From the NCBI RefSeq assembly GCF_028641065.1, contig NW_026576276.1, forward strand, positions 1 through 64,000: a DNA stretch of 64,000 nucleotides, read 5' to 3'. The notes under the pieces are model-generated. The model made no database searches. It was not told the DNA's origin and saw nothing but the letters and a program-made list of their open reading frames with translations. The DNA is from Leucoraja erinacea. Taxonomy: Eukaryota. The translations under genes were made by a program, and so were the position numbers. Shown piece after piece: positions 37,979 through 49,210 of the stretch; position 1 is the stretch's first letter; each line of letters begins with the position of its first letter.

Positions 37979-40442
37979 GGTGCAATAGTAATTAAAAAAA
38001 AAAACAAATATATAAATAAGTGGTATCAGGACCTGGTAACGGGAGGTAAAATAACAAAAACAGACTTGGTTGGTAGTCCCCTTTCTGCGGAGTTTAATGT
38101 TATAATAGAGCGATTGTTTCTATTTTCTCTCTCTTTCTTTTCTAGGGTCTATTTTCTCACTTTACTTCCTTCTCTAACTTCTTTCCTAAGGGGCTTTCTT
38201 TTCCCAACACTCTTGCACTGCACGACTCTCTTGCACTTTCTTTACTTAACATGTAGACACTAGACATCCAAATACTTGTGCCATTTTGAGGGCTGTTTAT
38301 CTTGAATGACTCGCAGAGCGTCACATTGTTATGCTTGAAGTCGTGTCGTCCTGTCACCAAGTGCAACCAAATTGCCACTGCCATAAACCACAGAGCGACT
38401 GCAATCTTCACTGTGCACCTTGCAGGTACCGTGTTACACTTGCGGAGGCGGTGGATACCCTTCAAATAGCGATCGATAGCTGTAACCACCATGAAGAAGA
38501 TGCTGCTAGTCCGATTAAAGGAAATCAGGAGTAGGTTCAGGCGACAAAGAATAACACCATTAATCCATTTTTTTTCGTGAACCATATAACTAATTCAAAA
38601 GGGTATGCAGATGATTAGAAGCATGTCAGCGATTGCTAGGTTCAGAAAGCACACTGTGTTTGGTTTCCAGTGTTTAAGATGAAAGAGGAAAATCCACAGA
38701 GCGATTGCATTTCCAACAAATCCCAGGATGACGATGACACAAATGGCAAGTGTGATGTGGGACAAGAGATCGGTTTCATCCAGAACACATTGCTGGGTGT
38801 CAGTGCCGGCCTTAAGCCAATTGGACCAATTTGTCCCAATTGGGCCTAAGGGGGCCCCGCTCTAGAGTAATCTACTTTCAGCTTGTCACGTGAGGGAAAA
38901 TGAATAGGTAACGTTTTGGGTCAAGACCCTTCTTCAGGCTTATTTCAGGCTTTAGATCCTTTGCCAGAGGTGCATATGCCCAAAGTGAACTGAGGAGAAA
39001 TATCAACCATGAACATTGAATGGCAGATCAGACAGGAGCGACAGGAGAGCATCTTTATATATATCCTTCCCTCAGTAATCAAACAGGCACCATTAGCTTT
39101 TAGCATCACTGTGCCGGTTCACAACTGAAGATCATTTCAGAGATTTGCTTTGGAAGCTCACAAGGCCATCACTTCTGTTGACGTAAAATATTTTTATCAA
39201 TTATCCATTGACACCCTTAAGGCAATCAAAACTAGTTATTAAATGTGGGGCATTCTGAATCTACAGCATTGCAACTGCAGGGAAAGACGATCAATAAATG
39301 TTCACATTTATCGACAGCTAAATTAGGTGAAGCTGAAATTAAAGGATGTCGTATTGTGAAAGGGGAATAATTTAAAGGGATAGGTTGTTCACACAGAGGG
39401 TGGAGAGTGTCTGGAATTACCTGCTGTTGGGGGTAGTTGGGGCAGGTACAATTACAACATTTAAAATACATTTGGACAGGTACACTGATGGAAAACGTTT
39501 TGAGGAATATGGACCAAATTCAGGAAGATGGGACTAGCTCAGGAAGGGATTTATTCTGCATGGATGAGTAGGGCCAAATGGCCTGTTTCTGTGCTGATTG
39601 GTGAGCCCGCTACTTAACTGCAGTATGAGTGGTCAGGTAGGACTGGGGTTGTTTGGATAAGATGAGTGCAGAGTCTTGAAGACAGGACCTCCCTGAGACC
39701 ACTGAAACCAGGTATATCATAAGAACATAAGACATAGGAGCAGAATTAGACCCTTCGGCCCATGGAGTCTGCTCCCCCATTCGTTCCTAGAAACATAGAA
39801 AATAGGTGCAGGAGCAGGCCATTCAGCCCTTCGAGCCTGCACCGCCATTCAATATGATCATGGCTGATCATCCAACTCAGTATCCTGCACCTGCCTTCTC
39901 TCCATATGCCCTGATCCCTTTAGCCACAAGGGCCACATCTAACTCCCTCTTAAATATAGCCAATGAACTGGCCTCAAATACCTTCTGTGGCAGAGAATTC
40001 CAGAGATTCACCACTCTCTGTGTGAAAAATGTTTTCCTCATCTCGGTCCTAAAAGATTTCCCCCGTATCCTTAAACTGTGACCCCTTGTTCTGGACTTCC
40101 CCAACATCGGGAACAAACTTCCTGCATCTAGCCTGTCCAACCCCTTATGAATTTTGTAAGCTTCTATAAGATCCCCCCTCAATCTTCTAAATTCTAGTGA
40201 GTACAAACCGAGTCTATCCAGTCTTTCTTCATATGAAAGTCCTGACATCCAAGGAATCAGTCTGGTGAACCTTCTCTGTACTCTGTTCACGGCTGATCTA
40301 TTTTTTCCTCTCAACCCCATTCTCCTGCCTTCTCCTTGTATCCTTACTAATAAAAAGCCTATTGATCTCCGTTTTAAAAATACCAAATGACTTACCCGCC
40401 TTGCCCTTCACTCTAACAGGGACGAGCATGCCCTGAACTTTT

Positions 40443-40618
40443 TGATCGACCCAGTGATTTACTATTTTTCAAATTCAGCATTCAAGGATGCGTTGAAGAA
40501 AGCTCTCATTCATCTAAATTTAAGGTCTTGCAAATCAGCTACGAGTCAAGATAATGAACAAGGGGAATCCCAAGGACAGACATTGGATCAACAAACGACC
40601 TCTGTAACCCCCCTCTGA
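40443..40618 (+). pseudogene. 3' remnant (A3) of an HCAR-like GPCR
   Basis: IDPVIYYFSNSAFKDALKK...SVTPL*, nearly identical to the end of A2; the upstream 1.68 kb is deleted. Confidence 0.88.
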
Positions 40619-41038
40619 TCACTTGAGTCAGAAGTCTATCATTGGGTAATTAAAGCCTAACGTGTAAAACCATGAAATTGTACACGTTTTTAAATGTTGT
40701 CAACCCTGAAGTCTAGCTTAATGAGCAACTTCTGAAATAAACTTATAAACACAAGACAACTTTGTTTAATTTAATTTTAGTTTAGTTTATTGTCACGTGT
40801 ACCGAGGTGTAGTGAAAATCTTTTTAGTTGTGTGCTATCCAGTCAGTGGAAATACTAAACATGATTACAATCAAGTGCACAGATACAGGATAAAGGGAAT
40901 AATGTTTAGTGCAAGATAAAGGCCAGGATAAAGTCCAGTTAAGTCCGATTAAAGTTAGTTTGAGGTTCACTAACGAGATAGATGGTAGGTCAGGACCACT
41001 CGCTAGTTGGTCATAGGATGAACTTATCTACATAAATT

Positions 41039-41704
41039 GGTAACGGGTATCACTTGGACCCAATAACAGCACAGAATCAGGCAGGTATAATTGGTAATGA
41101 ACTTTATTACGATACTGTAACAGAGTAGTAACTCAGGAATGGCTACACCGTACTCACACAGAGGCTCAGGATTGAGCGAGGGTTCCGAAGAGGGGCAGGC
41201 AGGAGACGTAGTCGGGGTAGCAGAAGGTCCGGTAACCAGGAGATCCAACACACGATGCAAACAAACCAGCGAGGGACAGACGAAAGGAGAGTCGAAGCCA
41301 GGCAGGAAGTCGAGGAGCCATTGCAGGGATACACCAAACAGCCCAGGAGAGAGGCAGACAGAAACCAGGAGGTACGGGACGAAGGCCGTGGTCGGGGACA
41401 GGGGGCTGAGGTGATATCCGGGAAGACGACAGGACGGAATGGGCAGGTAGGTTCGAATCCGTGTAGGCAGTCGGAAAATCGCTGGAGAGTCTTGCATGAA
41501 TGCTGAGAACAATCTGGCACTGTGTGAACGGTGAGGAGAGTCTATATACCGGGTTAATTGATGATAAGAGGCAACTGAGTGCAACAGGTGAGGAGAGTTG
41601 GGCTGATGAGAGGGGAGTGGCAGGCAGGCAAGGAGAAGGAGGGACCGGTGGAAAAGTACTGGGAGGTGAAGTGGATGAGAATGAGGAGAGGGCAGACTGT
41701 GACA
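41039..41704 (-). mobile_element. Solo LTR (Gypsy-like) with 5-bp TSD AAATT
   Basis: (G)GTAACG...GTGACA termini; AAATT at 41034-41038 and 41705-41709; TTTATT near 41104 and TATATA near 41543. Confidence 0.7.
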
Positions 41705-42119
41705 AAATTACACTTTATTTCAATATGTGCTCATTAGGTTCTCTTTACTTTATATAAAGGAAGGGATTCTAGTAAATTTAGAGGAAATGATAGGTCACTG
41801 ATGTAAAATTCACCTCTTTCAATAGAAGTGCAGCACTTCCTCTATAACTTTAGCAGTGGAGTCTTGTAAACAAAGCAATCCAGTGCAGCTGTCGTATATA
41901 TATATATATGTGTGTATGCCCGCTCCTCCATCTTCACCCTTCCTCTTTCTCCTCTCTCCACCCCCCCACCCCACCCCACCCCTCCACCTACATACACAAG
42001 CAGCTTTCCATCACAAACCTGGCAGCAGCGGAAAATTCCCAGGTTTTCGACCTAAGACCTGTTCACAAGAATCTGTTTTGACCTTGTCTTAGCAAATGCA
42101 GTCCTACCTGCTGACTTGG

Positions 42120-42445
42120 AGTGGGTAACATAGAACTAGTGTGAACGGTTCGGGTGATTATTGGTGGGCGTGGATTCAATGGGCCAAAGGGCCTGTTTCT
42201 ATACTGTATCTCTACATTAAAGCAGAAACTAAACATAACTTAACTTAACTACGTGACTGCAAACACGCAAGGGAAAATTTACAGAGGCCGGTTAACCTAC
42301 AAATCCCTTTAGGTTGTGGGAGAAAACCGGAGCACCTGGTGGAAACCCACACGGTCACATGGATAACCTGCAACCTCCACACTGAAAGCAGATGAGGTCA
42401 GGATTGAACCTCTACCAGCTGTGCCACTGTGCCACTGTGCCGCAT
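42120..42445. mobile_element. Two HE1-like SINE fragments (+ 3' half, then - copy)
   Basis: aactagtgtgaacgg..gggccaaagggcctgtttc; gaaaaccggagcacctgg..ggtcaggattgaacc. Confidence 0.6.
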
Positions 42446-42509
42446 TGAATCAGATTATAATTTGCCTGAATGGTTGCCTGAATCAATTTATGATTTCCAT
42501 AAAGCAGAT

Positions 42510-44135
42510 CGACAGCGTCTTTTTCCCCATTGGTTTTAGCGATGTGACGCTGTGTTAAGGTGATCCATCCTTTCCACAAAGTAAACTACCTATCTTACAA
42601 AGTGAGCAGGAAAGATAACAAATGCCCTGTGCACTGTGACAACGACATTTACATTGCATTTGTTGAAAGAAAGATATGGCTTCAAGCAAACCACATCATG
42701 ACAAACAGTGAACCTTTTAACATAAACAATCCTCTAAGACTCACAATCATTTGATTAGAAGATAGACACAAAAAGCTGGAGTAACTCAGCGGGTCAGACA
42801 GCATCTCTGGAGATAAAGAATATGTGATGTTTCGGGTCGAGACCCTTCTCTCCAGAGCTGCTGTCTTGACCTGCTGAGTTACTTGAGCTTTTTGTGTCTA
42901 TCTCTAGTTTAAATCAACATCTACAGTTCCTTCCTACACATCATTTGAATGGACACTGCTTTTATAGTGTTATTATAAAAACTATTTTTAAACAGGTTAA
43001 GTTATTTAGTCTGTACTCCTGCATCATTTCGAAGTTAAGACCGATCAACAGCAATATGAAGGGTAAATATAAACGACCAGTGAAGCTGGTGACAACAAAG
43101 GCAGTAGTTTTTATCCTTTGTTCATTGCCTGCCAATATTGCTGCAGTCACAGTCGTAGTCACAAAGTGTCACAGACTGTAAGTCAGAGTGAAACACAAAG
43201 TGCGGGACTAACTCACGGGGTTAGGCAGCATCTGTGGAGGGAATGGGCGAGGAACGTTTCGGGTCGGGACTCTTCCTCAGACTCATTGTACTAGATGGGA
43301 GAAAGCTGTAAAAGAGGGATGGGGCTGGACACAGCCTGACAACAGGTGGGTGGATACAGTTCAGGAGTTTTTGATTGGGAGATGGGTGGAATAGATGTCA
43401 AAGGCTAGAGGTGAAAATGAGACAAAAGGGTGTCAGATAAGGAGAGGAGAGGGGGAGTGAAATGTGAAGCTGGAGGGAGGGATGTGGGTTCAAAGGAACA
43501 GAGGAGGGAAAAGGGGGTTAAAAGGGAGATGAGAGATTCAGGGAAGGGCGATGAGTGTACGGTTTAGTTGAAAGGAGTAGGGTGACTGTGGAGTGTTGGG
43601 AGATGGTGGGAGAAATGGGTGCACACTGGGATGGGGGGGGGGGCATTACTTGAAATTGGAAAATTCAATGTTCATACCTTTGGGTTGTAAGCTACCCAAG
43701 ATGCCAAGATACTATGAGATGGCGTTCCACCAGTTTGCGTGTGGCCTCACTCTGGCAATGGAGGAGGCCCAGGTCAGAAAGGTCAGTATGGGAATGGGAA
43801 GCGGAGTTAAAATGGTTCACAACTGGGAGATCCAGCAGGCCTTGGTGGACAGAGCGCTAGTGTTTGCGAAATGATCACCTAGTCTACGCTGTGAATCATG
43901 TAACACAACAGTTAATATCCTTTATTATACATTGGTTGGAACATACTTGAAAAATATGGTCAATCTAATCATTTTTTATTCCTCAAAGTTAGCATTTAAA
44001 TTTATTTTCAAGAAAGCTCTCGTTCATGTTAATTTGAAGTCTCACAAATCAGCCACAAGTTAAGAAACTGAAGAAGAGAAATCCAATGTCAAGTAGACTG
44101 TGAATCAACAGTTGAGCTCTTTCATGTCTGCCTGA
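42510..44135 (+). pseudogene. Old, degenerate HCAR-like GPCR pseudogene interrupted by two Penelope-family insertions
   Basis: KVIHPFHKVN (~42555); EPFNINNPL (~42710); SCIISKLRPINSNMKGKYKRPVKLV..VFILCSLPANIAAV (ORF 42894-43181); VNIL.YTL..TYL and KKALVHVNL (~43910-44040). Confidence 0.8.
43185..43890 (-). mobile_element. Penelope-like retroelement fragment
   Basis: Terminal repeat plus the reverse of the GIY-YIG 3' region (aaattggaaaattcaatgttcatacc..tctggcaatggaggaggcccagg), homologous to 52600-52940. Confidence 0.7.
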
Positions 44136-44199
44136 TCATGTACAAGCTGAGCGATCCGGATGCTTCATAACATTGTGCAATTTAAAGCATTGTTTGCGG

Positions 44200-44515
44200 T
44201 AGATTTAGAGATACAGCGTGGAAACAGGCCCTTCCTGCCCACCGAGTCCATGCCGGCGAACGATCGCCTGTACACTAGTTCTATGTTATCCCACTTACGC
44301 ATCCACTCCCTGCACACTCCCTGCATCCACTCTCTGCAATTTACAGAAGCCACATGTCTTTGTGATGTGGGAGCAAACTGGAGCACCCGGAGGAAACCCA
44401 CGCGGTCACGGGAAGAATGTGCAAACTTTACGCAGGCAACACCCAACATCGGGATCGAACTCGGATCTCTGGTGATGTGAGGCAGCAGCTCTACCACTGT
44501 GCCGTTGTGCAGCCC
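44200..44515 (-). mobile_element. HE1/V-SINE-like SINE
   Basis: tRNA head GGCACAGTGGTAGAG..AGTTCGATCCC on the minus strand. Confidence 0.8.
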
Positions 44516-44989
44516 CTTGGAACCAATTTTAAACAATTTGTCAAGGAGTGTTTTGAGTTTAATGTATATGATCTGAAATAAACTAATTTCATGGTCAAGA
44601 TCTGGTGCAACAAAGTATCTCTATGCTCTTAATAGGAACTGTTTCTGCAGATCATGAACATATTGAGTAATATTTCCTTTGAAATAATACTGAATATCAT
44701 CATGATCTGCAGCACGTAGATTCCCTGTAAACATCATATTTCTTCATGCGGCTGCAGTCTATATGTGGTGTTTGTAACCAAACTGTCCCAGTGCATTTTG
44801 CATCAATAGGAGCCTCAGAATAAAAGGATGTGCCTTTAGAATGGAGATGAGGAGGAATTTATTTTGTCAGAAAAATGGTGAATCTGTGGAATTCATTGCT
44901 ACAGATGGTTGTGGACAGTGGAGACTAAGTCATTAGGTATTTTCAAAACAGAGATAAATAGGCTTTTTATTAGTAAAGGCATCAAAGGT

Positions 44990-45640
44990 CCCTTCCTGAG
45001 CTAGTCCCACCTTCCTGAATTTGGTCCATATCCCTCAAAACGTTTTCTATCCTTGTATCTGTCCAAATGTCTTTTAAATGTTGTAATTGTACCTGCCTCA
45101 ACTACCTGTAATAGCAGGTCATTCCAGACTGTCTCCACCCTCTGTGTGAACAACCTATCCCTTTAAATTATTCCCCTTTCACAATACGACACCCTTTAAT
45201 TATAGCTGCACCTAGCTGTTGATAAATGGGAACATTTATTGATCGTCTCTCCCTGCAGTTGCAATGCTGTAGATTCAGAATGCAATGACTAGTTTTGATT
45301 GCCTTAAGGGTTTTAATGGATATTTGATAAAAAATATTTTACAACTCAACAGAAGTGATGGCCTTGTGATTTTCCAAAGCAAATCTCTGAAATGATCTTC
45401 AGTTGTGAACCGGCACAGTGATGCTAACAGCTAATGGTGCCTGGTTGATTACTGATGGAAGGATATATATAAAGAGCCTCTCTTGTCGCTCCTGTCTGAT
45501 CTGTCATTCAACGTTCGTGGTTGATATTTCTCATCAGTTCACTTTGGGCATATGAACCTCTGACAAAGGGTGTAAAGCCTGAAGACAGCCTGAAGAAGGG
45601 TCTTGACCCAAAATGTCACCTATTCCTTTTCTCTCATTTG
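44990..45640 (-). repeat. Inverted paralog of 38895-39550 (and of 25858-26512)
   Basis: Reverse-complement match over ~650 bp, including non-TE sequence. Confidence 0.85.
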
Positions 45641-46646
45641 GGAGTGTGCATGGCTAAATTTAACAACATTATGATAGAAAATTTGGGAAGCAATATGGAA
45701 ATTATATTGACACAAACATTGTGAAACAAGTTTATATGAAGAGCGATGACAGTACCCTATAGCAAATCAGTACATTATACGAATGAATGAATGAATGAAT
45801 GAATACATTTAATTTGCCAAGTATAGATACATACAAGGAATTTGCCTGGGTGCAATTGAATTGGAGACTTTGGAGAAGGTACAGAAGATATTTATCAGAA
45901 TGATGCCTGGATTAGAGGATAGTAGCTATCAGTAGAGGTTGGACAAAGTTGGATTAGTTTCTCTAGAAAGGCAAGCGTTGAGGGCAGACCTGATAGAAGT
46001 GTATACAATTATGAGGGGCAGAGATAGGGTAGACAGTCCTCAGAGTGGATCCAAGAGCGTTCCAAATTTGAACAGACAGTGGATCCACAAATAATCTCAG
46101 AATCACTGCTCTAATCACTTGTAGCGTGACTGAACCAGGTGCTTATTTTATTAGTTAATGAGGGCAAAACGTGTTCATGAGTGTTAAGCGTGAAGCAGTT
46201 TGTCCACCGGATATTTGATTCAATTATATATTTTCTTACATAAAGTTTAATAAATTGCCATTTCCTGGTGAAGATATGGTGCTACAAACTATTGCTACCA
46301 TCTTAAAAAATATTGTAATCGCAAGAGTTCCTCTTCTCATGTATTCTCTGTAAGTACAATATTCGCTCAGTAGACACAAGGAACTGCAGATGTTTTAATC
46401 TTGAGCAAAACGCACAACGTGCTGGAGTAACTCAGCAGGTCAGGCAGCATCTCTGGTGAACATGGAATGATGACGTTTGAGGTCGGATCTCTTCTTCAGA
46501 TACTACTGTGCCAATTGTGACAACTTCTAAAGATGGTTCCGAAGAGGGAGCCTGACCTAAATGTCGCCTGTCCATGTTCTCCCGAGATGGTGCTCTCTGA
46601 AACTCTCTGTCGGTGTGACCGTCCCACAATTGAGAGGTCCGCCCAG

Positions 46647-48345
46647 CAGGGCCGGCCTTAGGAGGTGCTGGGCCCAATTGGGAACCATTTTGGAGAGCCC
46701 CAGGTTCCCAGCCAAGGTCTGTAGAATCATAGAAATATAAATAAAGTCTATTATAGACTTCATATCTCTATGGTAGAATGGAAAGTAATCAAAATGTGCG
46801 CTTAAAAAATGCCTGCGAGTTAATGGACAAAACAGGTCTAAGCTACATTTTAATGTAAAATTGCATTCATGTAAGCCTACAAGTAACAAACAAAATGTGT
46901 AGATCACATCTGAAAAGTACTTAGTTACAATGCCACAAGTTTTAGTGACAGTGAAATGAAAAATAAAAAGTAATTTAATTAACTAGATCCTGGAAAACCA
47001 ATAACCATTGGCGAAAAACCAGTCCAGGCATTAAATTTTGGGCTTCAGCCCCATCCTACCCATTCGGGCTTTGATTATTGGAGACCTTTTTGAGTGGAAG
47101 ACTTGCTTTAAAACCACTGATTTTTATGTTTTAACCACTTGGTTTCCCTCCCAAGTTGACTCCCTCCAACTTTCCCCACGAGAGCTCGCTTAAACCAAAT
47201 ATTTAAAAAATCTAATTTGGCCGGTCCAAATCCAGACTTATATTGAAAGTTGAGTGGTGTTTTCACAAATGGATGTGATGTCTGTACTCAAAAAATCATT
47301 GCAACATAATATGTTGTTCAGTTTCAACCGTCTGGTGACCTCCCATCCTGGGCATACTGTGAAATGATTTATTAAAAAAATATATATTTTTTTTTAAATA
47401 AAATTCAGAATTTAAGTGCATTGTTGGAAACAAATTATCTTTTTGGGATTTCTATTAACATTCCTAGATTATAAATGAGTCATTATTATTGCCCTTTATT
47501 ATGAGAAAGTTATCTTTCTTGCTTTTTTCTCTGCAAAGTCTTTTAGAATTTTGTCTAAGTTTAAACTGCTGCTAATTTCAGATTCAATGGACACAATTGG
47601 CAAACTGTTGGAACGTTCTTGCTGAATTGATGATCTCAAGTAAGTTTTGATCAGTTTCAGTTGGGAAATACTCCTTTCTCCAGATGCCACGGTCACTGGG
47701 ATTGTCAAGAAAATCCGAAGAGCAATAAATAAATTTGGAAATGCGGTCGACCTGTTGTTGCAAGCAGGGAATTCAAGCATTTTCATGGGGTTTTGAATAC
47801 CTGGTGGCAGAATTGGCTTTAGTGCCTCCATTTCCTCACAACGCATGTATCCATCTACATCAGCCAGTTTTCTGGTTTTAACTTGATCTTTTTCCTGTCC
47901 CAGCTTGACCTCTGTCAATGCCACTTCCAGATCTGCTGCACATTTTCTTATGGTGTCATTGGACATGTCCTGAAAATTGCAGAAGAATCCAAATAAATTG
48001 TGATACTTTTTCAGTTGTTCAAACCATGGTTCAAGTGTTTACAGTGCAGTATTTGATTAAAACATTGCACTCTGAAGCTGTTTTAGGATCTGGCAAAGGT
48101 TCATCTGCAGATTCATAATCAAATAATTTTCTTTTTCTTGCGTAAGCGCTTACTCTGAGTCTTGAATACAGGCTCAGCAACTAGGTCTTTGGCAAGTTCA
48201 CTAGCATCAATCAAGGCTTCATCATAACCTTTTTCCCTGTATGTCTTTAACCAGTTACAAAGCTTTTGAAATGAAGAAACCCCTGTTGCAACATCCATCG
48301 TATCACTCTGAAGTTTCTTACTCACAAAACTTACTTGAAAGAGTA
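46647..48345 (-). mobile_element. hAT DNA transposon (ZMYM1/Charlie-like transposase C-terminus) with terminal inverted repeat
   Basis: ORF 47499-47966 FPNLFIALRIFLTIPVTVASGERSISQLKLIKTYLRS (hAT dimerization domain); ORF 48119-48376 VSKKLQS..MD; TIR CAGGGCCGGCCTTA at 46647. Confidence 0.9.
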
Positions 48346-49210
48346 AGGAGTTTAGAAGTATGAGGGAGGACCTCATTGAAACATACAGAATAGTTATAGG
48401 CTTGGATATAGTCCATGTGAAGAGGATCTTTCCACTAGTGGGAGAGTCTTGGACTAGAGGTCATAGCCTCAGAATTAAAGGACGTTCTTTTAGGAAGGAG
48501 ATGAGGAGAAATGGCTTTAGTCAGTGGGTGGTGAATCTGAGGAATTCCTAGCCACAGAAGGCTGTGATGAAATGGATATTTTTCAGCCAGAGATAGATAG
48601 ATTCTTGATTAGTACAAGTGTCAGAGGTTATGGGGAGAAGGCTGTCAGGTCTCGGGTTTGATCTAGTTTCTGTTTCTTATTGTTTTTTAGTATTAGAGTG
48701 TGCATTCTTGTTTTATTTTGGTGTCTCGCATCTCCTCTTGTTTCAGGTCCCATTTCCTATCAGGTCGTTTACCCTCATGTGATTATTGGCCCCGCCCTGA
48801 TGTGTTTCACCTGTGTCTCGTTATCCCCTGCTAGTCTGTATTTAAGCCCTTTGTGTTTTAGTGCTCATTGCCAGTTCGTCGTGTATGATACTTGGTATCA
48901 CCTCGTTCCAGCTCTAGAAATCTTGTGACCTCGACCATTGCCTGTTTTTCGACTTCTGTTTTTTGCCTGCTCCTAGATTGTACTGTTGCCTCTGTTTTGC
49001 TTACCTGTGTACCGACTTGGACCGATTAAACTCTGAAGACTGATCTGCCCTGTGTCTGAGCCTGCATTTGTGTCCTCCTCCTTGTTCAGTTCTGATAAAG
49101 GCAGGAGAATGGGGTTAGGAGGGAGAGATAGATCAGCCATGATTGAATGGTGGGATAGACTTGATGGGCTGAATGGCCTAATTCTACTCCTATCACATGG
49201 CCTTATGACC
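48346..49210 (+). mobile_element. CR1 3' fragment, interrupted by a solo LTR
   Basis: ORF 48360-48551 (DLIETY..TRGHSLRIKG); resumes at 49098 with the CR1 3' UTR. Confidence 0.85.
48643..49097 (+). mobile_element. Solo LTR with 5-bp TSD AAGGC
   Basis: TGTCAG...CTGATA termini; AAGGC at 48638-48642 and 49098-49102; ATTAAA near 49026. Confidence 0.75.

Larger units (their letters stand above)
32163..38246 (+). mobile_element. Near full-length L1-clade LINE, lacking poly(A) tail and TSD
   Basis: ORF1, ~930 bp inter-ORF spacer and ORF2; boundaries defined against the empty site in B2. Confidence 0.95.
31913..38800 (-). pseudogene. HCAR-like GPCR pseudogene B3, split by an L1 insertion
   Basis: 3' part 31913-32162 and 5' part 38247-38800 are nearly identical to B2. 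Confidence 0.9.
16337..40850. repeat. Tandem segmental triplication; base unit ~7.15 kb (unit 1 ~16337-22652, unit 2 ~22653-29806, unit 3 ~29807-40850)
   Basis: Near-identical sequence and ORFs recur (e.g. ORFs 16376-16663, 22691-22978 and 29845-30132; 26195-26434 and 39232-39471); unit lengths differ by TE insertions and deletions. Confidence 0.95.

Noticed and set aside
41024-41757. Overlapping 83-186 aa ORFs
   Set aside because: GC-rich solo LTR bounded by a TSD; no protein motifs
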